Under the pieces are notes generated by a model. It was not told the origin of the DNA. It saw only the letters and a list, made by a program, of their open reading frames with translations, and ran no database searches. DNA of 59,874 bases from Elusimicrobiota bacterium (GTDB lineage: Bacteria > Elusimicrobiota > Elusimicrobia > Elusimicrobiales > UBA9959), in NCBI GenBank assembly GCA_030651035.1, contig JAUSCK010000076.1, forward strand, positions 1 through 59,874, written 5' to 3'. A program made the position numbers and the translations under genes. Numbering within the stretch: the first letter of the stretch is position 1; each line of letters starts with the position of its first letter. Positions 16,644-24,616 of the stretch are shown one piece after another.

Positions 16644-18086
16644 ATGGAACTGGACGAACTGCTTGCAAAATTCCGCGAATACTCCCAGCAGGACACCACT
16701 GTCCTGGAATACGCCTGGAACTACTCCGTCGAGGCCCACCTCGAGCAAAAGCGCGCCTCGGGCGAGATGTACTTCGTGCACTGCGCGGCGGTGGCCGAGA
16801 TACTGGTGGGCTACAAGATGGACCTGGAAACGGTGGCGGCCGGCCTGATGCACGACGTGCTCGAGGACACCAAGATCCCCCACGAGACCTTCAGGAAAGA
16901 ATTCGGCGACGAGATCTACGCGCTGGTGGCCGGCGTCACCAAGATAGAGACGCTGAAGTTCTCCTCGCGCGACGAGGCCCAGGCGGAGAACTGGCGCAAG
17001 ATGATACTGGCCACGGCCAAGGACATCCGCGTGATAGTGATAAAGCTGGCCGACCGGCTGCACAACATGCGCACGCTGAACTTCCTCACGCGCGAGAAGC
17101 AGCTGGAGATAAGCCACGAGACCATCTCCCTTTACGCCCCGCTGGCCCAGCGCCTGGGCATTTTCCAGCTGAAGTCCCAGCTGGAGGACCTCTCCTTCAA
17201 GTACCTGCACCCCGACGAATACCAGAGCCTGCTGGCCAAGGTGCAGCTGCGCTACGCCATGAGCGAGAAGCTGCTGGAGGATTTCAAGACCGGGCTCGAG
17301 AAGCATATCAGCGGCACCCAGATCCCCTGCCGGGTGCTCTCCCGCGCCAAGAACATCTACTCCATTTACCGCAAGATGCTCCGCCAGGAAAAGCCCTTCG
17401 AGGAGATCCAGGACGCGCTGGGCGTGCGCATCATCACCGACAACGTCATAAACTGCTATGCGCTGCTGGGCACGGTGCATTCCATTTTCAAGCCGGTAGC
17501 CGGTTCTTTCACCGACTATATAGCCGTGCCCAAGATGAACCTGTACCAGAGCCTGCACACCAGCGTGATGGCCGCGTCCGGCGAGGTGATAGAGATACAG
17601 ATCCGCACCGAGGAGATGCACCGCACCTCCGAATACGGCATAGCCGCGCACTGGCGCTACAAGATGGGCGAGAAGGGCGCCGACCGCCACCTGGACGAGA
17701 AGCTCAACTGGCTGCGGCAGTGGATGGAATGGCTGCAGGACCTCTCCAGCCCGCGCGAATTCATAGAGAGCTTTAAGACGGACCTGGAGCTGGACCAGAT
17801 CTTCATCTTCACCCCGAAGGGGGACGTGAAGCCGCTGCCGGTGGGCGCCACGCCCTTGGACTTCGCCTACATAATACACTCGGACATCGGCGACACCTGC
17901 ATAGGCGCCAAGGTCAACAACAAGATGGCCCGGCTGGACGCGCCGCTGAAGAGCGGCGACCTCTGCGAGATAATAACCCGCAGGAATTCCGCCCCCAAGA
18001 AGGACTGGCTCACGTCGGTAAAGACGGCCGGCGCCCGCTCCCATATCCGCAAGTACCTGCGCGAGCACGGGCAGCTGGAGGATTAA
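16644..18086 (+). CDS. rel: RelA/SpoT-family (p)ppGpp synthetase/hydrolase, short form (HD-SYNTH-TGS)
   Basis: HDVLEDT and KLADRLHNMRTL (hydrolase); YQSLHT and EIQIRT (synthetase); FTPKG...TPLDFAY..HSDIG (TGS). Ends at 480 aa. Confidence 0.93.
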   Translation: MELDELLAKFREYSQQDTTVLEYAWNYSVEAHLEQKRASGEMYFVHCAAVAEILVGYKMDLETVAAGLMHDVLEDTKIPHETFRKEFGDEIYALVAGVTKIETLKFSSRDEAQAENWRKMILATAKDIRVIVIKLADRLHNMRTLNFLTREKQLEISHETISLYAPLAQRLGIFQLKSQLEDLSFKYLHPDEYQSLLAKVQLRYAMSEKLLEDFKTGLEKHISGTQIPCRVLSRAKNIYSIYRKMLRQEKPFEEIQDALGVRIITDNVINCYALLGTVHSIFKPVAGSFTDYIAVPKMNLYQSLHTSVMAASGEVIEIQIRTEEMHRTSEYGIAAHWRYKMGEKGADRHLDEKLNWLRQWMEWLQDLSSPREFIESFKTDLELDQIFIFTPKGDVKPLPVGATPLDFAYIIHSDIGDTCIGAKVNNKMARLDAPLKSGDLCEIITRRNSAPKKDWLTSVKTAGARSHIRKYLREHGQLED

Positions 18087-18109
18087 TTTAATGCTCAGGA
18101 ATTTAAAAG

Positions 18110-18138
18110 TTCACCGCAGAGGCGCAGAGGTCGCAGAG
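18110..18138. repeat. Intergenic repeat element, copy 3 (left arm only)
   Basis: Exact TTCACCGCAGAGGCGCAGAGGTCGCAGAG; no full right arm before the next gene. Confidence 0.85.
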
Positions 18139-18163
18139 GAAGAATGGTGAATCCGGGAAAGTT

Positions 18164-18178
18164 GCCGCCAAAGGCGGC
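18164..18178 (+). terminator. Small GC hairpin between rel and the radical SAM cluster
   Basis: GCCGCC-AAA-GGCGGC followed by GTAATTT; weak U-tract. Confidence 0.35.
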
Positions 18179-18194
18179 GTAATTTAAATACCAT

Positions 18195-19637
18195 ATGAGG
18201 CGTCCCGAAGTACTCCTTTTCAAGAGCCGCAGCCTGGCCTCCAAGGTGACGGGAAGCACCCCGCCGCTGGGGCTGCTTTATATAGCCGCCGCCCTGCGCG
18301 AACGGCTGAACGCCGGCGTCCGCGTGATAGACGCCAACCTCGAAGCCGATCCGCTGAAAGCCCTGAGGGACGCCGTACGCTCGGCCAGGCCCGACGTGGT
18401 GGGCATAAGCGCGCTGACCGCCGAGGCTTTCCTCGCCCACGCCGCCGCGGCCGCCGTAAAAGCCGAAAGCCCCGGCACGCCGGTGGTGATGGGCGGCCCG
18501 CACCCGTCTTCCGACCCCGACCTCGCGCTGAAAGACCCCAACATCGACGCGGCCGTCATAGGCGAGGGAGAGGACACTTTCACCGAGCTGGCCCGGCTTA
18601 TAGCTGAGGAGGGCCCCGGCTGGAAAAAGCCGGAGCTCCTGCGCGCCGTGGACGGCCTGGCCTACGCGGCCGAGGGTAAAACCTGGGCCTCAAAACCCCG
18701 CGCGCCCATAGAGGACCTGGACGCCCTGCCTTTCCCGGCGTGGGACCTCATAGATTACAAGCGCTACTGGACGCGCGGCAGCATGGCCAGCGCGGGCATC
18801 CGGCCCTACCTCACGATGTTCACCTCGCGCGGCTGCCCCTACCGCTGCGTCTACTGCCACCAGCTCTTCGGCAAGACCTTCCGCGCCCGCTCCCCCGAAA
18901 GCGTGGCCGAAGAAACGGCGAGGCTGATGAAGATGGGCGCCGGCGACATAGAGATACTCGACGACATAGCCAATTTCAAGCAGGACCGCTTCGACCGGAT
19001 CCTGGAGCTGCTGCTGGAGCGCGGCCTGCACCCGGCCCTGAGCTTTCCCAACGCCATCCGCGCCGACCTCATGCAGGAGCATTCCATCGACCTCCTGAAG
19101 CGGGTGGGCGTCGGCGAGGTCTCGGTGGCGGTGGAGACCGCGTCCGGGCGCCTCCAGGCGCTGCTGGGGAAGAACCTCTCGCTGGAAAAAGTGACCCGCA
19201 CCATAAACCTGCTGGCCGACAGGCGCATCTTCACCCGCGGCTTCTTCATGCTGGGTTTCCCCACCGAGACGGAGGAGGAACTGCGCTCCACCATCAGCTT
19301 CGCGCACTCCTCGCGCCTGCACCTGGCCCTTTTCTTCACCCCGAACCCCTTCCGCAATACCGGGCTTTACGACATGTTCGCCAAAGCCGGCAAGCTCCCC
19401 AAAGACGCCGGCACGATAGACTACGAGTATTACGGCTCGCCGTTCAACGCCAGCGAAGTCCCGGACGCCAGGTACCGCCTGCTTTACCGCTGGGCCTATT
19501 ACGGCTTTTATTTAAACCCGCTGCGCGCCCTGCGCATAGCGCGCGACAGGCCCTCTGTGGCGGATATCCCCGTGCGGGCCTGGAAACTGCTGCGCAACGT
19601 CGTCTCCTTCCGCCGCCTGAAGGAGACCGCCGCATGA
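18195..19637 (+). CDS. B12-binding radical SAM protein 1
   Basis: N-terminal cobalamin-binding domain (PPLGLLYIAA...VMGGPHP...GEGE) and SRGCPYRCVYC (CxxxCxxC). Confidence 0.93.
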   Translation: MRRPEVLLFKSRSLASKVTGSTPPLGLLYIAAALRERLNAGVRVIDANLEADPLKALRDAVRSARPDVVGISALTAEAFLAHAAAAAVKAESPGTPVVMGGPHPSSDPDLALKDPNIDAAVIGEGEDTFTELARLIAEEGPGWKKPELLRAVDGLAYAAEGKTWASKPRAPIEDLDALPFPAWDLIDYKRYWTRGSMASAGIRPYLTMFTSRGCPYRCVYCHQLFGKTFRARSPESVAEETARLMKMGAGDIEILDDIANFKQDRFDRILELLLERGLHPALSFPNAIRADLMQEHSIDLLKRVGVGEVSVAVETASGRLQALLGKNLSLEKVTRTINLLADRRIFTRGFFMLGFPTETEEELRSTISFAHSSRLHLALFFTPNPFRNTGLYDMFAKAGKLPKDAGTIDYEYYGSPFNASEVPDARYRLLYRWAYYGFYLNPLRALRIARDRPSVADIPVRAWKLLRNVVSFRRLKETAA

Positions 19638-21166
19638 AAGTCCTGATGCTCACGCCGCAGCCCCTTTATAGGCGCTGGCCCACCACGCCCGACACCACCA
19701 AGATGGTGACCAATGCCGCCCCGGTCACCATGCCGCAGCTGGCTGCGGCGCTGAAGGGTCACGAGGTGCGCATCCTCGACGGGAACGTTTACGACATACC
19801 GCTTAAAGAGTACGCGGCCCTTATACGCTGGGCCGACGTAGTGGGGATGAACGTGATGTGCTCTTACGCCGCACTGAACACCGAATTAAATCTACGCTTC
19901 ATTAAGAAGCTCAGACCCGGCCTGCCCGTGGTCATGGGCGGCCACCACCCGACTTTCCAGGACGCCGAGTGGCTGGAGCGCGGGGCCGACGCCGTAGTCC
20001 GCCGCGAGGGCGAAATTACCTTCCCGGAGCTGGTGGACGCCCTGGGCGGCAAGCGCGATATCGCCGGCGTGGCCGGCGTCTCCTGGCGTGACCGGGACGG
20101 CGGTATACACCGCAACCAGGACCGCCCTTTCATAAAAGACCTGGACTCGCTGCCGCTGCCGCGCTGGGATTTGGTGGATTTTTCCGGCTACTACCTTTAT
20201 TTCCGCAAGCCGGGCCGCTCGGCCTGCGTCGAGACCGGCCGCGGCTGCGAACAGCACTGCGCCTTCTGTCAGGTGGGGCCCATGTGGAACAATACCCACC
20301 GCTTCAAATCCCCCGAGCGGGTGCTAGAGGAGATGCGCCTGCTGAAGAAGCACGACGTGACCCAGGTCTTCATCGTCGACGACAACTACGGCTCCACCCT
20401 GGACACAGCGCGACAGGCCAGGGTTTACGAGGGGATGCGCAGGGAAAACTTCAACTTCGACTGGGGCGGCTTTTTCCGGCACGACTACATTCACGCCAAT
20501 CACGGCCTGCTGAAGGAGGCCGCCGCCGCCGGCCTGAAATTCGCCTGCGTCGGCTTCGAGAGCGTCGAGACAGCGGACATGAAGCAGTTCAACAAGGGCA
20601 ATGCCGCTTTCAACGGCGCGCCTTCCTACGAGGAGGAATACCGCTTCCTGAAGAGCGCCGGAATAGCGGTGTTCGGCTTCATGGTGATAGGCTACCCCGG
20701 GCAGAGCCAGGCCGCGGCCATGCAGACCATAGAGAACGCCCACCGTTTCTGCGACTACCCCGTAGTCACCGTGTATAAACCCCTGCCGGGCACCGCCGGC
20801 TACCGCAAAACGAAGCAGGACGGGCTGCTGGCCAAGGAAATGTTCTACCACGACTCCTTCACCGTGGCGGTGCGCGGCACCAGGCCCATACTGGCCGCCT
20901 ATAATAAATTTTTCGTGCGCTACCTCGCCAACCCGGTAAGGCTGCTGCGCAACCTCCTCGACCCGAAGCTGCGAGCGGTGGAGACGTCCATAATCACCTG
21001 GTTCGCACTGGGCCTGGCCCGGGCCAACCGGCAGAACCTGGCCGACTTCTTCTGGTTCCTCTTCAAGGGCCGCAAGAGCGGTGAAGAAGAAGTTATAGAG
21101 CATTTGCGGAAAAAATATCTCTCCGAGGAAAATATCGGGCGCCTGGCGCGCAAGGCAAATTTATGA
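19634..21166 (+). CDS. B12-binding radical SAM protein 2
   Basis: True start ATG 19634 overlaps the previous stop (ATGA). MGGHHPT, REGE and GRGCEQHCAFC motifs. The 18740 start in the ORF track is a GC-rich extension. Confidence 0.92.
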   Translation: MKVLMLTPQPLYRRWPTTPDTTKMVTNAAPVTMPQLAAALKGHEVRILDGNVYDIPLKEYAALIRWADVVGMNVMCSYAALNTELNLRFIKKLRPGLPVVMGGHHPTFQDAEWLERGADAVVRREGEITFPELVDALGGKRDIAGVAGVSWRDRDGGIHRNQDRPFIKDLDSLPLPRWDLVDFSGYYLYFRKPGRSACVETGRGCEQHCAFCQVGPMWNNTHRFKSPERVLEEMRLLKKHDVTQVFIVDDNYGSTLDTARQARVYEGMRRENFNFDWGGFFRHDYIHANHGLLKEAAAAGLKFACVGFESVETADMKQFNKGNAAFNGAPSYEEEYRFLKSAGIAVFGFMVIGYPGQSQAAAMQTIENAHRFCDYPVVTVYKPLPGTAGYRKTKQDGLLAKEMFYHDSFTVAVRGTRPILAAYNKFFVRYLANPVRLLRNLLDPKLRAVETSIITWFALGLARANRQNLADFFWFLFKGRKSGEEEVIEHLRKKYLSEENIGRLARKANL

Positions 21167-22701
21167 ACCTGCTTCTGACCACCCCGCTGCGTCTCGTACC
21201 CCGCTTCATGTCGGCCAACGATTTCCCCATGGTCTGGGGCCCTCACCCGCCAATCACCCTCGTGCAGCTGGCCGCGATGGCCGGGCCTTCCTGGAAAGTC
21301 CGCGTACTCGACCCCATCGCCTCGCCTGTAAGCCTCGCCGATTTCGGGCGGTGGATCGCGGAGGCCGATGCCCTGGGCGTCACCTGCTCCGCCTCGCAGC
21401 TGGCTCTGAACGCGGAAATAACCATAAAGCTGGCCCGCCGGCTCAGGCCCGACCTCCCCATTATCATGGGCGGCCACCACCCATCTTTTTATCCTGAGGA
21501 GTGGCTGTCGCGCGGCGCTTCCGTCATAGTCCGCGGCGAAGGGGAGCAGACCATCGCCGAGCTGCTGGAAAGGATCGAAAAGAAGCGGGGGTATCACGGT
21601 GTCGACGGAATATCCTTCCTCGAAGGCGGCAAGGTGGTGCGGACTCCGGACAGGAAGCCGGTGCATGACCTCGACGCCCTGCCTTTCCCCCGCTGGGACC
21701 TGATGGATTTGCGCGGCTACCGGCAGTTCACGCGCCGCGGCGGCCTCACCGTTTCGATGGAAACCTCGCGCGGCTGCACCAACAGCTGCTCTTTCTGCCT
21801 GGCCTCGCGCATGTGGGACGGCAAGCAGCGCTACCGTTCCATCCCGAACGTCATAGAGGACCTGAAACGGCTGCAGGCCATGGGCGCTGACCAGCTGCTT
21901 TTCGTAGGCGACGGCTTCGGCAACCCGACGGACTACCACTCGGAGCTCATGCGCGAGATGATAAAAGCCGGCATAGACATGCACTGGATGTCCTTCATGC
22001 GCGTGGACTCCATATTAAATGATCCCGGCCTGCCGGAGCTCATGGCCCGCTCGGGCTGCAAATCGGTGTTCGTCGGGTTCGAATCCCCGCGGCAGGAGCT
22101 GCTTAAGAGCTGGAAGAAAGGCCCCTCCGGAGCCGCCGACGTCTCGAAGTACCCAGAAGTGTTCCGGCTTCTGGACCAGGCCGGGATCCTGGTCTTCGGT
22201 TTCCTGCTGGTGGGCCATCCCGACGAGCGGCCGGAGGACATCCCGGAGACTATGCGGCTTAACCGGCAGTGGTGCGATATCCCGCTGGTAAACGCGCTGC
22301 AGCCCATGAAAGGTACCCCTGATTACGAGGACTACGAACGGCGGGGAATACTGGCCAAGAACATGTTCTATCACGACGTGCGCATCCCGAGCCTGAAAGG
22401 CGTAGAGAAGCACGTCCCGATAGCCATGCGTATTTTCCTGCTCCAGATACTCTTCGAGTTTCCGTTCCAGCTCTTTTCTGCGAAGGAAACCAAGCGCCGG
22501 TTCATCCGGCATATGTACAGCTTCCTCGCCAGGGAGTTCCTGGCCGCTTCTCTGGACGGCATACTGGACTACCTGATGCTGCTGAACTTCAAGGGACTAA
22601 GCCCGGCCGAGCTGCAGGACACTATTGTCCGGAAGCATACTACCGGGAAGAGGCTGGACGCCCTGGCGCGGCGCGCCGGCTGGAAGCCGGACCGTCAATA
22701 A
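21163..22701 (+). CDS. B12-binding radical SAM protein 3
   Basis: ATGA overlap with the previous gene; MGGHHPS, RGEGE and SRGCTNSCSFC motifs. Confidence 0.92.
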   Translation: MNLLLTTPLRLVPRFMSANDFPMVWGPHPPITLVQLAAMAGPSWKVRVLDPIASPVSLADFGRWIAEADALGVTCSASQLALNAEITIKLARRLRPDLPIIMGGHHPSFYPEEWLSRGASVIVRGEGEQTIAELLERIEKKRGYHGVDGISFLEGGKVVRTPDRKPVHDLDALPFPRWDLMDLRGYRQFTRRGGLTVSMETSRGCTNSCSFCLASRMWDGKQRYRSIPNVIEDLKRLQAMGADQLLFVGDGFGNPTDYHSELMREMIKAGIDMHWMSFMRVDSILNDPGLPELMARSGCKSVFVGFESPRQELLKSWKKGPSGAADVSKYPEVFRLLDQAGILVFGFLLVGHPDERPEDIPETMRLNRQWCDIPLVNALQPMKGTPDYEDYERRGILAKNMFYHDVRIPSLKGVEKHVPIAMRIFLLQILFEFPFQLFSAKETKRRFIRHMYSFLAREFLAASLDGILDYLMLLNFKGLSPAELQDTIVRKHTTGKRLDALARRAGWKPDRQ

Positions 22702-24182
22702 AGCTCGTTCCCCCGCCGTCCTACAGGGTCGCAGCCGAAAAGGGCCTCGAGCCTGTCCGGCATCTTTTCTGAAAGGATAGCAAGCACCGCCATCGCCAGC
22801 TTTATCTTCTCCTCGAATAACCTGCAGCTCCTGGCGTGCGGCCTGGAAATATCCCCGTTGAAATAATGGTTTATATTGAGGCAGGAGCCGGTGGTCCCGC
22901 AGACGCTGAAGATGCGGCAGCTGGCGCATTCCCTGAATCTTTTTTCTGTTTTCTTCAGCAGGGAGAGATATTTTTCCCTGTTCACCCCGGAGCGCACGTT
23001 CCCAAGAGAAAAGGCTTTTATCCCTATAAAGGAAGTGCAGGGGAATATTTCCCCATCGGACGAAACGGCGATCTGCCCCTGTGCCGCGGGGCATCCGCCT
23101 ATAACCTGGTTGTTGTAATACAGCCTCTGCATCAGCTTAAAGAATCTGTTGAAGAATGTTTTCCCGTAATCGAGGGCGCCGCTGACGGCCTCTTCCGAGT
23201 ATTTTCCGGCCAGCAGCTCATATTCCCTGAACATCCTGCGAAAATCCTGTTCCTTCTGAAAAAAAACAGACTCCCTTTCCGGGGTTATCCTGTGACACGC
23301 ATCTTCTGTTTCAAATATTTCCACGCGCTCGAAGCCCATGCTTTTCAGATTATTATAAAGCGCGACCATGTCCGTGTAATACGGCGTGACGGTCGTTCTG
23401 CCTACAAGCCTCCGCCTCGTTGCCGGGCGCATTTTCCCCAGATTTTCAGCTATAGCGGCGAAGCTGCCTTTACCGTCGTGAAAAGGCCTGTTCCGATCGT
23501 GAATCCTCCCGGGGCCGTCCACGCTTACCGCTATCTGCACACCGAAGCCAAGAAGCTTCTCAGCCAGCTCCGGGGTCAGAAGTGTCCCGTTCGTGGCGAG
23601 TAAAAAATGGAACCTTATTTTTTTCTTCTTTTCCAGCGCCTTGCAGTATTCCACCGTGCCGAGAAGGGCAGGAAGGTTTTTAAGGGGTTCTCCGCCGTAG
23701 AAATCCACCACCAGCTGTTTTTCCCCCTGGCTCATTTCAACCAGCAGGTCTACGGCCCGCGCAGCCGTTTCCACGGACATCGGCGGGAGACAGTCGGCTT
23801 CAGCTCCGGGGGCGGTCTTTTTTTTCTCAAAACCTTCGTTTGAATATTTACCGGTATCGTTCCAGCAGTAAATGCAGCGAAGGTTGCAGTCGGAGGTTAT
23901 ATTCAGCGTCAGGTCGGTCAGCCTGGCCGAGGCTTCCGGGACTTCCGGTTTTGTGGTACGGAGCGGGAACAGCGCGGAAATCTCCGCAGGGATGGAAAGC
24001 CTCCGGGCGAGCTTTTCCGCCGCCGCCGCTGAAACTTTCCCGTTCCGTTTTTTTATCTCGTAATTCCACTTTTTAAGGGAATTAAAAACCCCGGTGGGCA
24101 GTTCGTAGAAATCTCCGGTTCCTGTCGAGACGCCTATGCTACGCCCTAATTTTTTAAAAAGATAAGCCGGCTCTTGTTTCAT
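22695..24182 (-). CDS. Radical SAM/SPASM peptide maturase (SCIFF/CteB-like architecture)
   Basis: LTLNITSDCNLRCIYC, DFYGGEPL, TNGTLL, SVDG. Seven-Cys SPASM motif C-x12-G-x4-C...C-x2-C-x5-C-x5-C-x18-C. N-terminal RRE-like segment. RBS GAGGAG at 24192-24187. Confidence 0.92.
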   Translation of the reverse strand: MKQEPAYLFKKLGRSIGVSTGTGDFYELPTGVFNSLKKWNYEIKKRNGKVSAAAAEKLARRLSIPAEISALFPLRTTKPEVPEASARLTDLTLNITSDCNLRCIYCWNDTGKYSNEGFEKKKTAPGAEADCLPPMSVETAARAVDLLVEMSQGEKQLVVDFYGGEPLKNLPALLGTVEYCKALEKKKKIRFHFLLATNGTLLTPELAEKLLGFGVQIAVSVDGPGRIHDRNRPFHDGKGSFAAIAENLGKMRPATRRRLVGRTTVTPYYTDMVALYNNLKSMGFERVEIFETEDACHRITPERESVFFQKEQDFRRMFREYELLAGKYSEEAVSGALDYGKTFFNRFFKLMQRLYYNNQVIGGCPAAQGQIAVSSDGEIFPCTSFIGIKAFSLGNVRSGVNREKYLSLLKKTEKRFRECASCRIFSVCGTTGSCLNINHYFNGDISRPHARSCRLFEEKIKLAMAVLAILSEKMPDRLEALFGCDPVGRRGNELY

Positions 24183-24199
24183 AAGTCTCCTCGCATAAA

Positions 24200-24229
24200 G
24201 CGAAAGTCCCCGCGTTGCGGGGACTTCGC
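24200..24229 (-). terminator. Stem-loop between the putative precursor peptide and the SPASM gene
   Basis: AAGTCCCCGC-GTT-GCGGGGACTT (10-bp perfect stem, extendable to 13 bp with one bulge). On the minus strand it is followed only by TTTAT, so termination is probably leaky. Confidence 0.6.
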
Positions 24230-24250
24230 CGATTCAATATTTAATCGGTT

Positions 24251-24361
24251 TTACCAAAGAACCCTGCCGGAACGGCAGTACCGCGATAGTTTCTTCTCTG
24301 TTTTCCCGGTTTTGTTTAGTTTTTTAACTGTCTTCACTATCGGCTTTGTGATTGTGGGCAT
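24251..24361 (-). CDS. Putative RiPP precursor peptide, 36 aa: MPTITKPIVKTVKKLNKTGKTEKKLSRYCRSGRVLW
   Basis: Translated by hand (below the ORF-track cutoff). ATG 24361, TAA 24253-24251, GGAGG at 24370-24366, near-consensus promoter upstream. Lies 68 nt upstream of the SPASM maturase on the same strand. Confidence 0.8.
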   Translation of the reverse strand: MPTITKPIVKTVKKLNKTGKTEKKLSRYCRSGRVLW

Positions 24362-24391
24362 TTTGCCTCCATATAGCGTACTGTTAGTAAT

Positions 24392-24420
24392 AGTATAAGA
24401 CATAATCCGGCGGATGTCAA
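24392..24420 (-). promoter_or_regulatory. Near-consensus sigma70 promoter for the precursor peptide-SPASM transcript
   Basis: Minus strand reads TTGACA (24420-24415), 17 nt, TATACT (24397-24392). Confidence 0.75.
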
Positions 24421-24538
24421 TACGTAGTTTTCTCTGGCCTTTATTTTCAATAATATCGGGCGTTTACCCTAATCGGATAAGCCGCCGCCTCCCGATAAAA
24501 GCGGTTTAACCAAGCCTCAAACCCGAAAGAGCACAAAT

Positions 24539-24558
24539 TGATATAATCATACATATCA
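24539..24558 (+). promoter_or_regulatory. Extended -10 promoter for the downstream radical SAM operon, overlapped by a short inverted repeat
   Basis: TG-A-TATAAT at 24539-24547; TGATAT-N8-ATATCA at 24539-24558. Confidence 0.5.
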
Positions 24559-24616
24559 GCCTTTCCTAAACATAGCACGCGGGCTTCAATTTTTTCGCGG
24601 TGGACGGAGAAACAAC

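Noticed and set aside
16581-18068. Long antisense ORFs (also 20920-21984, 31184-32524, 32592-33884, 34159-35907, 46048-47292 and many shorter ones)
   Set aside because: Shadow frames of GC-rich, codon-biased genes with clear families on the other strand; no motifs of their own.
12728-18138. Identical 29-nt repeats as a CRISPR array
   Set aside because: Copies are 2.3-3.1 kb apart, separated by whole genes, partly paired with inverted arms, and no cas genes are present.
18740-19633. N-terminal 298 aa of the 808-aa ORF 18740-21166
   Set aside because: Out-of-frame overlap with rSAM 1 and low-complexity Pro/Arg/Gly sequence. The recognisable protein starts at ATG 19634.
24174-24398. Plus-strand 74-aa ORF MFHKSPRIKR...
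   Set aside because: It is the antisense of the peptide gene and hairpin. The promoter, RBS and operon context all support the minus-strand 36-aa ORF.
24420-24616. Cobalamin riboswitch upstream of the B12-dependent genes (also checked 18087-18194 and 33900-33987)
   Set aside because: No B12-box or conserved GGGAA/GCCACTG elements seen by eye. An Infernal scan would be decisive.
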